A stretch of 29,397 nucleotides of DNA from an uncultured archaeon (GTDB taxonomy: Archaea; Thermoplasmatota; Penumbrarchaeia; JASLWR01): assembly GCA_964342815.1 (NCBI GenBank), contig CAYFHS010000045.1, positions 1 through 29,397 on the forward strand. The letters are read 5' to 3'. How positions within the stretch are numbered: the stretch's first letter is position 1; each line of letters opens with the position of its first letter. The notes under the pieces were generated by a model. That model saw only the letters and a list, made by a program, of their open reading frames with translations. It searched no databases and had not been told where the DNA came from. Below are positions 1 to 8,241 of this stretch, piece after piece. The translations under genes and the position numbers were made by a program.

Positions 1-263
1 TAAGGGGAGTTATGCGATGTTTTCACGATATTCGCCCAAAAAAGACAAACCAAAAAAATAACAACCCGCGTTAGTCCTACTCACTTCGCCAATATCCCTT
101 CCGCCTTTCTCACCGCCTTGTCCACCTTCGCGAAGACCCGCATCAGTCCAGGGCTCTTATTATTTGAATGCTAAGCGCAAGGTGTGGAATGTCGATCAAC
201 TGATAACACTCTATCAACAAACGAATACAAACATACATAAAGTATTAAGCGATAGTAAATGGG

Positions 264-3254
264 ATGGCCGGTCAAATAAGTAAAACCACTCCCTCGTTCT
301 CATGGGACTTCAGTTATGAGGATTACGAGAAGTTCTTTCATAGCTATCATAACCTGATGGGTTTCAAGATACAGAACATCCTTCTTGTTTCCAGCCCTTA
401 CGACGCCTTCATACTCAATGAGGACGGACGGCTATCCGAACAGATAATAGAAGAATACCTGGAACTTGGTCTCTCCTCGGCGCCAAGACTCTACAGCGTC
501 CCTTCCGGAAAAAGGGCTCTACAGGAATTAAAGAAAAGAAAATACGATTTAGTTATTACTATGAGCCAGATATTCGACATTGACCCGGCTGAATTCGGCA
601 GAAGAGCGAAGAAGCTTCGACCGGGGGTTCCTGTTGTACTTCTTGCCACCGATAATATCACAGTTGCGAACTATCAGGTTCCGGGAGATCACAGCAGTTT
701 CGACAAGGTCTTCCAATGGCTGGGCGATTCGGCTCTGTTCCTTGCAATCATCAAGTATTTCGAGGATATAAAGAATGTCGACAAGGATACCAAGGGAGCA
801 AACGTCAGGGTCATTGTCGTCGTGGAGGATTCGGCAAGATATTATTCCTCCTTTTTACCCATAATATACAAAGAGGTAATGCAGCAGACCAAAGCATTGG
901 TCTCCGAAGGTCTGAATGAGCACGAGAAGAGGGTCCGGAGGCGAAGGAGGCCGAAAATATTGCTGGCCGAGACCTTCGAAGAAGCCTTGAGAGAATACAA
1001 AAAATATCACAAGTACATTCTCGGCATCATCACTGATATCTCCTTTGAGAGGAACGGAGAGAGATGTATCGATGCGGGATTTCAATTCGCGGAGAAACTC
1101 GACAAAAACATACCTGTTCTCTTCCAATCGTCCGATGAAAAACATTCCGAGCGTGCAAGGGTAATGCAGCATCCGTTCCTCAACAAGAATTCTCGGACTC
1201 TCCTCCGTGATCTGTCGGATTTCCTCACCCAGGAACTGGGATTCGGAGATTTCATATTCCGCATGCACGATAGCACCGAGATTGGAAGAGCGGCAGATCT
1301 GAAGGAACTGGTGAAGCTCATCAGGGAAGTACCCCCAGAATCGCTTCGTTTCCATGAGAAGCGATTCCAATTTTCCCGATGGTTGTTCGCCAGGGGAGAG
1401 TTGGACCTCGCAACGAAGATACGCAAAAAGAAGTTCTCGGATTTTGAGTCAGTAGACGAGATGAGAGACTTTCTCATAAACGGGATCGAGAAGACGAGAA
1501 AAAAGAGACAGACCGGCATCATTACTGATTTTTCGCAGCAGAGCTTTGAGTTCGAGAGGTCTTTTACACGGTTCGGCAGAGGTTCGCTCGGTGGAAAGGG
1601 AAGGGGGATCGCTTTTCTCTCGGCCATGCTTCGCATGAGCAAGATCAACAAAATACTGCCCGAGTTCAACATCCGCATCCCCGATACGCTCGTAATAACC
1701 ACGGAAGAGTTCACCCTCTTCGTCCGGGAGAACGGGCTGCATGAGATTGTCCATATCGATTTTTCCGACCGGGAGATGGCCCATCACTTCGTATCGGGAT
1801 CATTGAGAGATGAGTTGAAGAAAGCTCTCTTGAGGTATCTGAAGCATGTCCGGGTTCCATTGGCCGTGCGCTCATCGAGCCTTCTTGAGGACTCACTCCA
1901 TCAGCCCTTCGCAGGTATTTATTCGACATATCTATTAGCAAACAACAACGAGGATATTGAAAAGAGATTGGAGCAGTTATGTTCCGCGATAAAGCTGGTT
2001 TACGCCTCGACCTATTACCACGATGCCCAAACATATATTGACAGCACGTCCCAGAAAGTGGAAGAGGAAAAGATGGGTGTAGTGATACAGAAATTGGTAG
2101 GAGATGTTCATGGTGATAGGTTCTATCCTCTGTTTTCGGGTACGGGGGTATCGCGTAATTATTATCCTCTCCCTCCTCTGAAAAGAGATTCGGGTATTGT
2201 CTCTGTTGCCATCGGCCTCGGTAAGATGGTTGTAGACGGGGGTAAGGTTCTAAGTTTTTCCCCTGAAAATCCAAAGGTTTATCCAGGGTTCTCCACAACT
2301 GAGGAAATACTTCAAAATTCTCAACGACAATTCTACTGCGTTGATCTGGCCCACAGGGATTTTGATCTCACAGAGGGAGAAGATGCGACACTTAGGATCG
2401 TGAACATCTCCGATGCTGAAAAGGACGGAATACTGGAGCTTACTGCCAGTGTCTATAACCCAAATGATGACATTATTCGGGATGGACCGTACCATGAGGG
2501 GTCAAAGGTCATAACCTTTGCCGGTATTCTGAAATATGAGAGGTATCCCCTGGCAAGTATTCTCCGAAACCTTCTTGAGATCGGTTCCAGAAGTCTTGGG
2601 GGTTCCGTGGAGATCGAATTCGCGGTTTCGTACGGACGCGAAAATAAACTTGAATTCCACATCCTCCAAATACGTCCCATTATATCCAACAAAGAGAAGA
2701 GCCAGGTCTTGATAGAGGAATCGGAGAATAAAAATGGGATCATCATCTTTTCGAATAAGGCCATGGGTAACGGGTTGATTGATAACATTTCCGATATTGT
2801 CATGGTTCTCCCCTCAGAAATGGATAGAACTCAGACCCAATTGATAGCCCATGAGATAAGCGAGATAAATTCAACTATGAAAAACAGACCATATATCCTT
2901 CTGGGACCGGGAAGATGGGGCAGCTTCGATCGATGGCTGGGAATACCTATCAGATGGAGTCAGATATCCCGGGTTGGAGCCATTGTTGAGGCGCCCATGC
3001 CGGACATTGACGTCACCCATTCACACGGTTCTCACTTCTTTCACAATATATCCGCCATGGGAATCCCCTATCTGAGCGTGTCTGACAGTTCTTCCGAAGA
3101 TAGAATAGATTGGGAATGGCTGAGAAAATTGAAGGTCGAAAAGAAAGGCCGTTTCGTCAGGCACGCCCACCTCGAAAAACCGCTGATAATCAAGGTAAAC
3201 GGCAAGGATGGGAAAGGTATTGTGTTGATAAGTGAGGGATCTAATTCATCGTAG
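264..3254 (+). CDS. PEP/pyruvate-binding (PPDK_N ATP-grasp) domain protein with two N-terminal receiver-like domains and a divergent C-terminal His-swivel domain
   Basis: 996-aa ORF. PPDK_N motifs present: GSLGGKGRG, PLAVRSSSLLED, FAGIYST, MGVVIQ, VEIEFA, ILQIRP. The N-terminus has REC-like motifs (YDLVITM; VVVEDS...GIITDISF...FQSS...FLNK). The C-terminus has AIVE...GSHFFHNISAMGIP. Confidence 0.88.
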   Translation: MAGQISKTTPSFSWDFSYEDYEKFFHSYHNLMGFKIQNILLVSSPYDAFILNEDGRLSEQIIEEYLELGLSSAPRLYSVPSGKRALQELKKRKYDLVITMSQIFDIDPAEFGRRAKKLRPGVPVVLLATDNITVANYQVPGDHSSFDKVFQWLGDSALFLAIIKYFEDIKNVDKDTKGANVRVIVVVEDSARYYSSFLPIIYKEVMQQTKALVSEGLNEHEKRVRRRRRPKILLAETFEEALREYKKYHKYILGIITDISFERNGERCIDAGFQFAEKLDKNIPVLFQSSDEKHSERARVMQHPFLNKNSRTLLRDLSDFLTQELGFGDFIFRMHDSTEIGRAADLKELVKLIREVPPESLRFHEKRFQFSRWLFARGELDLATKIRKKKFSDFESVDEMRDFLINGIEKTRKKRQTGIITDFSQQSFEFERSFTRFGRGSLGGKGRGIAFLSAMLRMSKINKILPEFNIRIPDTLVITTEEFTLFVRENGLHEIVHIDFSDREMAHHFVSGSLRDELKKALLRYLKHVRVPLAVRSSSLLEDSLHQPFAGIYSTYLLANNNEDIEKRLEQLCSAIKLVYASTYYHDAQTYIDSTSQKVEEEKMGVVIQKLVGDVHGDRFYPLFSGTGVSRNYYPLPPLKRDSGIVSVAIGLGKMVVDGGKVLSFSPENPKVYPGFSTTEEILQNSQRQFYCVDLAHRDFDLTEGEDATLRIVNISDAEKDGILELTASVYNPNDDIIRDGPYHEGSKVITFAGILKYERYPLASILRNLLEIGSRSLGGSVEIEFAVSYGRENKLEFHILQIRPIISNKEKSQVLIEESENKNGIIIFSNKAMGNGLIDNISDIVMVLPSEMDRTQTQLIAHEISEINSTMKNRPYILLGPGRWGSFDRWLGIPIRWSQISRVGAIVEAPMPDIDVTHSHGSHFFHNISAMGIPYLSVSDSSSEDRIDWEWLRKLKVEKKGRFVRHAHLEKPLIIKVNGKDGKGIVLISEGSNSS

Positions 3255-3268
3255 TATCGGATAATACC

Positions 3269-3718
3269 TCACCCGCTGACCGTATCGTATCCGGCTCCTT
3301 CCCATTCCACAAAGCTTCCGAAATCATATACTTCCATAAAACCCAACTCATTCATAATCTCAAAAGTCTGACCGCTACGATTTCCACTTCTACAGTAAAT
3401 AACGTACGTGCCGTTCTTGTCCAGTTTATTCAGTTCGTTCCTGAAGGTCTCACTGTAGAAATCGATGTTGATTGAATCATTCAACCGGCCGTCTTCGAAC
3501 TCATTCGGGGTTCTGACATCCAGAATAATTAAATTAGAATTTTCATTAATAATTTCATTGGCCCGGTGAATAGATATTTTTTCGAGGATACGGCCTGTAT
3601 CGCTTTGATTTCTATCAGTACCCTCTTCGTCTATCAAGACATACGAGATGGCTCCTATGACGATTGCCATCAGGATCACGACTGAGAATACTATGAAAAA
3701 TTTATTTCTCCTTTCCAT
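3269..3718 (-). CDS. Membrane-anchored single-domain rhodanese (sulfurtransferase)
   Basis: ILDVRTPNEFEDG and the active-site loop YCRSGNRS. N-terminal TM segment FFIVFSVVILMAIVIGAISYVLI. Start moved from the ORF track's 3769 to the ATG at 3718, which follows GGAG. Confidence 0.9.
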   Translation of the reverse strand: MERRNKFFIVFSVVILMAIVIGAISYVLIDEEGTDRNQSDTGRILEKISIHRANEIINENSNLIILDVRTPNEFEDGRLNDSINIDFYSETFRNELNKLDKNGTYVIYCRSGNRSGQTFEIMNELGFMEVYDFGSFVEWEGAGYDTVSG

Positions 3719-4209
3719 TTTGAGTGCTCCCAATCTGAATAAAAAAAAACGCTCTTCGAGTTTCCTCAATTAGCCGAGGAAATCGGGGGTTGAATTTTTC
3801 CCTCTATGGAAACTGAAGAGCGGCCTTCGTTACCGGATCTTTATTCAAGCCTAACACCCAAGATTCGTTGGACGACCTTCCAAATTAATCAGGTTATACC
3901 CATCTTGATAATGATTCAATATTCAACGCTGTGATCATCCGCCGAATCGATTTGCTCATTCCCATTCATTCCATGTCGGTGTGTAAATGTCCTTCCCGTA
4001 AATTCTTCGCTGCCGGAGGTGAAGTTCGCAGCTTCAATGTGTCCAAATAACTGAAGAGTGAGCAAAACACCACCAATGATTTGTATTTGAGGCCTCATCT
4101 TTTTATTCCACAGCCCCGAAGGCAATTGTAATAATGTTTTAACTCATATATATGGTTTACTTTGTAATTGTTACAAACTGATAATAGTTACAGGTCCATT
4201 TCGGATCCA

Positions 4210-6309
4210 TTACATTTTTTTTAATTGCTCATTACTGCCGGCCCTATTAATGGTTTTAACATCCGCCTCTTCGTTCATGGCCTCACCGGAACCCAACTTC
4301 TTTTTCACTGCCAGAAACGCCACCACTCCGCCAAGGATAACTACTAAGATCACGAGCACGATCAGCACGGTAATTCCCGCATTGGACACCTCGTTATCTC
4401 CCACATCGGAGATGCCTTTTCCATCATCCTTACCGTCTGCCCCGGGAGCATACAGCCCTTCGACCATAACTATATCTATATTTTCCGTTACCTCCATGCG
4501 GGTCATTGCGTCTTCGAAGTTCCCGTCGCCGTCTTTGTCAATTTCCGCCAGAACCCCGGTTCTGTCGCCGTTCTTGATCAGGTTCCAGTCAATACTGTAT
4601 CTGTGGGCACTACCCATGGAAATGACCACTCGATTCTCGGGATCAGTAGTGCTCACCTGATAACTGTTCTCTCCGTCGAAGTAGATTATTTCCAGTCCGT
4701 AAGGCCAATTATACGGGTTGTTGAACGGGTACGATCCCAATTCGTAAGAAAGGCTGTGGAGGTTCTGCGAGCCATCGTCATATATTACAAAAGCCGTCTT
4801 CCATCCGGAATTCATGATCCATTCCGCAATTTCCTCACCCATGGTATTCTTAGGTTGGGAGCTCTCGTATCCGACCTTCTGATTGTTTTGCGTGTTCTCA
4901 ACCATTAAACCGGACCAGCCGATCATTGCAACGAAAATAAATTCCGTATCGGTTCGGACTGCCCAATCTTCAATTATATCTTTTTTAACGAACCAAACCC
5001 TCTCTCCGGGGACCTCTGAAGGTGGAACACCGCCACTTCCACCAGGATCGTCAGGGTCAAGGGTCAGGTTGACATAGGCATGTATACCCTGGAAATTTGT
5101 ATCCCAGCCGCAGCACACCACATCCGTCTTGCCGTCCAGGTCCATATCATCCATGGCCATCCCTACCGGAACTTCATCGGGCAAGCCGTAGCCCGCTCCC
5201 TCCCAGGAATAGGAATCTACTTCCGAAATGCTTCCGGAATTTGACCAGACCTGCAGGGCCGAGCCGATGTCCAGTTTCCCGTCATTGTCCATATCATACA
5301 CTGCAAGCTGATAATAGGTACCTGATGAAGGCAGGCCGTTGCTCACATCCATCCACCATGTGCTTCTACCGCCGGAATTGCCGTTTCCCAGGTAGGCTCT
5401 GACCCCATTCTTTTTGGAAGCTATCAGGTCGAGGTTTCCATCTTCGTCAAGATCTCTTAATTCAACGTCCCATACAATCCCGATATCGGCTATAGCGGTC
5501 CCGCTGTGAGCCTCGGTCCAGGAAATATCGCCGGTCTCACTGCAGGTAAATATCTGGATTCCGGGGCCTTCCTCCATACCTGCCACAATATCCAATCGAC
5601 CGTCATGGTTCACATCGGCCAGTTCGATTCCGCTGACGTGATGAATGGATTCGGGTATTCCAGAGCTGGCATCCGTCCAGTTCAGAGTCCCGTCGACATG
5701 ACTGCCTTTCCAGATGTTCAAACCGTAGGCGCCCCCTGCCACGATGTCCAGGGATCCGTCGCCGTCTATATCGCCACAGTCCACGCCGGACCAGCTGCCG
5801 TAGAGTTCAGGCCCCTCTGCCCTGGTCCAGGACATTTGTCCGCCTTCACCGCCATTTCCAAGATATATTCTTATTCGACCCTCGAACTGGTGGCTCAACC
5901 ACTCGGCTGCCACTATGTCTGGGTTTGAATCGCCGTTAATGTCCACGATCCGGGTTTCCGAGTGAGTGGCGTGGAAATCCTCATCGATGGGTATTGGCAA
6001 TCCATTTGATTCATTTACGAATGAGGTCCCATTCCGGTTAACGTATACATGAAGACCACCGGGAGCCCCCTCAAAATAGCCGCCCCTGCCGGCACCGCTG
6101 GCAATGATGTCGGGATAGGTGTCATTGTTCACGTCCCCAAGGGTTATGAAATTGTAGTTGCCAGCGTCCGGAAGTCCTTTGAGTGCCAATGAGCGGTTCC
6201 CGCCGCCTTCTGCCCGAATGTTACGGAAAATGAAAGGGAGGGAAGCCAGGGATGAGAATACTAACAGTGCGGCCACTATGATTATTGAGCTTGGATTGCT
6301 GGTTCTCAT
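4210..6309 (-). CDS. Secreted FG-GAP (integrin-alpha/VCBS-like) repeat beta-propeller protein with a second extracellular domain and C-terminal TM anchor
   Basis: 699 aa. N-terminal signal/TM. Repeated Ca-binding motifs DVNNDTYPD, DINGDSNPD, DIDGDGSLD, DVNHDGRLD, DLDEDGNLD, DMDNDGKLD, DMDLDGKTD. Gly/Pro linker, then TM ITVLIVLVILVVILGGVVAFLAV followed by KKK. Confidence 0.85.
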   Translation of the reverse strand: MRTSNPSSIIIVAALLVFSSLASLPFIFRNIRAEGGGNRSLALKGLPDAGNYNFITLGDVNNDTYPDIIASGAGRGGYFEGAPGGLHVYVNRNGTSFVNESNGLPIPIDEDFHATHSETRIVDINGDSNPDIVAAEWLSHQFEGRIRIYLGNGGEGGQMSWTRAEGPELYGSWSGVDCGDIDGDGSLDIVAGGAYGLNIWKGSHVDGTLNWTDASSGIPESIHHVSGIELADVNHDGRLDIVAGMEEGPGIQIFTCSETGDISWTEAHSGTAIADIGIVWDVELRDLDEDGNLDLIASKKNGVRAYLGNGNSGGRSTWWMDVSNGLPSSGTYYQLAVYDMDNDGKLDIGSALQVWSNSGSISEVDSYSWEGAGYGLPDEVPVGMAMDDMDLDGKTDVVCCGWDTNFQGIHAYVNLTLDPDDPGGSGGVPPSEVPGERVWFVKKDIIEDWAVRTDTEFIFVAMIGWSGLMVENTQNNQKVGYESSQPKNTMGEEIAEWIMNSGWKTAFVIYDDGSQNLHSLSYELGSYPFNNPYNWPYGLEIIYFDGENSYQVSTTDPENRVVISMGSAHRYSIDWNLIKNGDRTGVLAEIDKDGDGNFEDAMTRMEVTENIDIVMVEGLYAPGADGKDDGKGISDVGDNEVSNAGITVLIVLVILVVILGGVVAFLAVKKKLGSGEAMNEEADVKTINRAGSNEQLKKM

Positions 6310-6329
6310 TGCACAGCCTCTAATCTTAA

Positions 6330-7280
6330 TTACTGGACCTCTTTCTTCTTCAGCTTGAACACGGACAACACTGTCAAGCCCGCAGGGATCAGCGTCCAGA
6401 TCAACCAGGAGGTCACCTGCGAATAATAGTTGGTTAAAGGAATCGAAGCCAGCTGGAATCCCTGATCGGGTTCATCAAGGGACACTCCGAGATCATGGGT
6501 GCCTGCAAACAATCCCATCTGCTCCTGGAACGTGGGCGTAAGATCGATTCCCGCAGCCTCGGTAAATGAGATGAATATATTTCCCATATGATACCCCGGA
6601 TCAAAATAATAGAGGTGATTATCCACATAGAATTCCGAAAAACCGGACCTGATTATATAGAATGCAAGATATATCACAATGACAAGTGCCGCAGATATTA
6701 TCATCACCAGCACGCGCTTTTTCGAGACGGTGGATAGTACAAGGGGAATGGTACCGAAGACGACTGCCACGAACAGTGTAAAGAGCAGCAGTATCGGTAT
6801 ATACGGAATCAGGTCCCACATGACCGATAGGTGGGCTCCCGAGACCGTCACCAGCACGTATATGGTAATAAAGATAGCTATAATCTCCATGACCGCCACG
6901 AACAGAAGATATGCCAAGAACTTTCCAAGTATAACTTCCCACCTGCGAATGGGTCTTGTAATGAGCGATAAAAGCGTGCCGCGGCTGTCCTCGCCGGCAA
7001 TGAAATCCGATACTATCCATGCTGCAAAGAAGGCCAGAACAATTCCGCCTACCCAGAAATATACGGTGAAAAAGAGAACGTCCTTGAGCATGATGGCCTG
7101 AATATCCAGTGGATAACTGTCCACATCAGTTGCATAAGCGGAGATAACCGGAAGGATGATGGCCGCAACAAGAAAGATTAGAGCCCGGGGTAAACTCAAT
7201 ATTTTCTGTAACTCCCTTCTGGCGATTATGTGGAACCGCGATCCGGATCTCTCCGTCCCTTTATTATCTGTTTCACTCAT
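6330..7280 (-). CDS. ABC-2 type transporter permease
   Basis: About 6 TM segments and the ABC-2 signature FIAGEDSRGTLLSLITRPIRRWEVILGKFL. Start placed at ATG 7280, after GGAGGTG and overlapping the ATPase stop (ATGAGTGA). Confidence 0.92.
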   Translation of the reverse strand: MSETDNKGTERSGSRFHIIARRELQKILSLPRALIFLVAAIILPVISAYATDVDSYPLDIQAIMLKDVLFFTVYFWVGGIVLAFFAAWIVSDFIAGEDSRGTLLSLITRPIRRWEVILGKFLAYLLFVAVMEIIAIFITIYVLVTVSGAHLSVMWDLIPYIPILLLFTLFVAVVFGTIPLVLSTVSKKRVLVMIISAALVIVIYLAFYIIRSGFSEFYVDNHLYYFDPGYHMGNIFISFTEAAGIDLTPTFQEQMGLFAGTHDLGVSLDEPDQGFQLASIPLTNYYSQVTSWLIWTLIPAGLTVLSVFKLKKKEVQ

Positions 7281-8241
7281 GGGGCCCACCTCCCTTCCCA
7301 TTCTCATTTTTTTCGGAAACCGAGCTGAGGAAGATATCCTCAAGCGATACATCCCGCTTTTTAAATGACATCATCACGGCCTTTGATTTATAGACAATTT
7401 CGGTAACTGCTTCCTCGAGAACATCATCCTTCTCTGAAACCACCTGTATCCTATCTTCATCGTCGATCCATGCACGCTTGACATATTGAAGCCGCTTTAA
7501 TTTTTTCAATATCAGATCATTTTTAGATGTTTTCAGAAGAAAATGGTTCCCCGCCAGCTGCTCCTTGATGACGCCGACATCGTCCGAGAGGATTATCTCC
7601 CCATTGTTTATGATGGTAACGGTATCGGCCAGTTTTTCAACTTCCCCCAAGATGTGGCTACTGACAAAGACCGTCAATCCCCTGTCGTGTACCAGTTCCA
7701 GAATATGCTCGATCATTCCGGCACGGCCGATTGGATCCAGATTTGCCGTGGGTTCGTCCAGAATAAGAATTTCGGGATCGTGAATCAGTGCCTGGGCAAG
7801 AGCCGCCTTCTGTTTCATTCCCGAACTGTAGTTATTGACCTTGCGGTTCGCCGCTTCCTCAAGCTTTAACCAAAGGATCAGTTCTTCAGCCTTTTTTTTA
7901 GCCACTGCCTTGCCGAGGTGCCCGAGCCTTCCCATATAGATCAAATAATTATAAAGCGTCATATCGAAGAACTTTGGATGCTCTGAAACATATCCTATGA
8001 GCGAGTTAGCCTTGACCGAACCTGCTTTGTGTCCCTTTATTGTGGCAGTCCCACGGGTGATGCCGAGACCCCCCACGAGCATCTTGATGGTGGTTGTCTT
8101 TCCGGCGCCATTGGGCCCTAGAAAACCATGAGCCTGGCCGGCCAGGACTGTAAAATCGATATCGTTCACAGCCCTGACTATATTGGCCCCGCTGCCGAAA
8201 TGTTTTGTGAGGTTTTTCACTTCGATCATGGGGACGCTCAT
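7273..8241 (-). CDS. ABC transporter ATP-binding protein (multidrug/ABC-2 exporter type)
   Basis: Walker A GPNGAGKTT, signature YSSGMKQK, Walker B ILILDEP, H-loop SSH. ATGA overlap with the upstream 1377-aa gene. Confidence 0.96.
   Translation of the reverse strand: MSVPMIEVKNLTKHFGSGANIVRAVNDIDFTVLAGQAHGFLGPNGAGKTTTIKMLVGGLGITRGTATIKGHKAGSVKANSLIGYVSEHPKFFDMTLYNYLIYMGRLGHLGKAVAKKKAEELILWLKLEEAANRKVNNYSSGMKQKAALAQALIHDPEILILDEPTANLDPIGRAGMIEHILELVHDRGLTVFVSSHILGEVEKLADTVTIINNGEIILSDDVGVIKEQLAGNHFLLKTSKNDLILKKLKRLQYVKRAWIDDEDRIQVVSEKDDVLEEAVTEIVYKSKAVMMSFKKRDVSLEDIFLSSVSEKNENGKGGGPHE

Noticed and set aside
81-143. Minus-strand 20-codon ORF MRVFAKVDKAVRKAEGILAK that looks like a protein C-terminus
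   Set aside because: Too short, with an in-frame stop just upstream and no recognisable family. At most a gene remnant.
855-2298. Long antisense ORFs (855..1370, 1082..1714, 1711..2298) and similar shadow ORFs opposite the large genes throughout the window
   Set aside because: They lie entirely opposite well-supported genes and have no motifs; typical shadow ORFs.
7281-7352. ORF-track N-terminal extensions of the permease (7352), rhodanese (3769), SOR-like gene (13278) and 20448 gene (21179)
   Set aside because: They overlap neighbouring genes or lack SD support. Downstream ATGs have SD motifs, stop/start overlaps or signal peptides.
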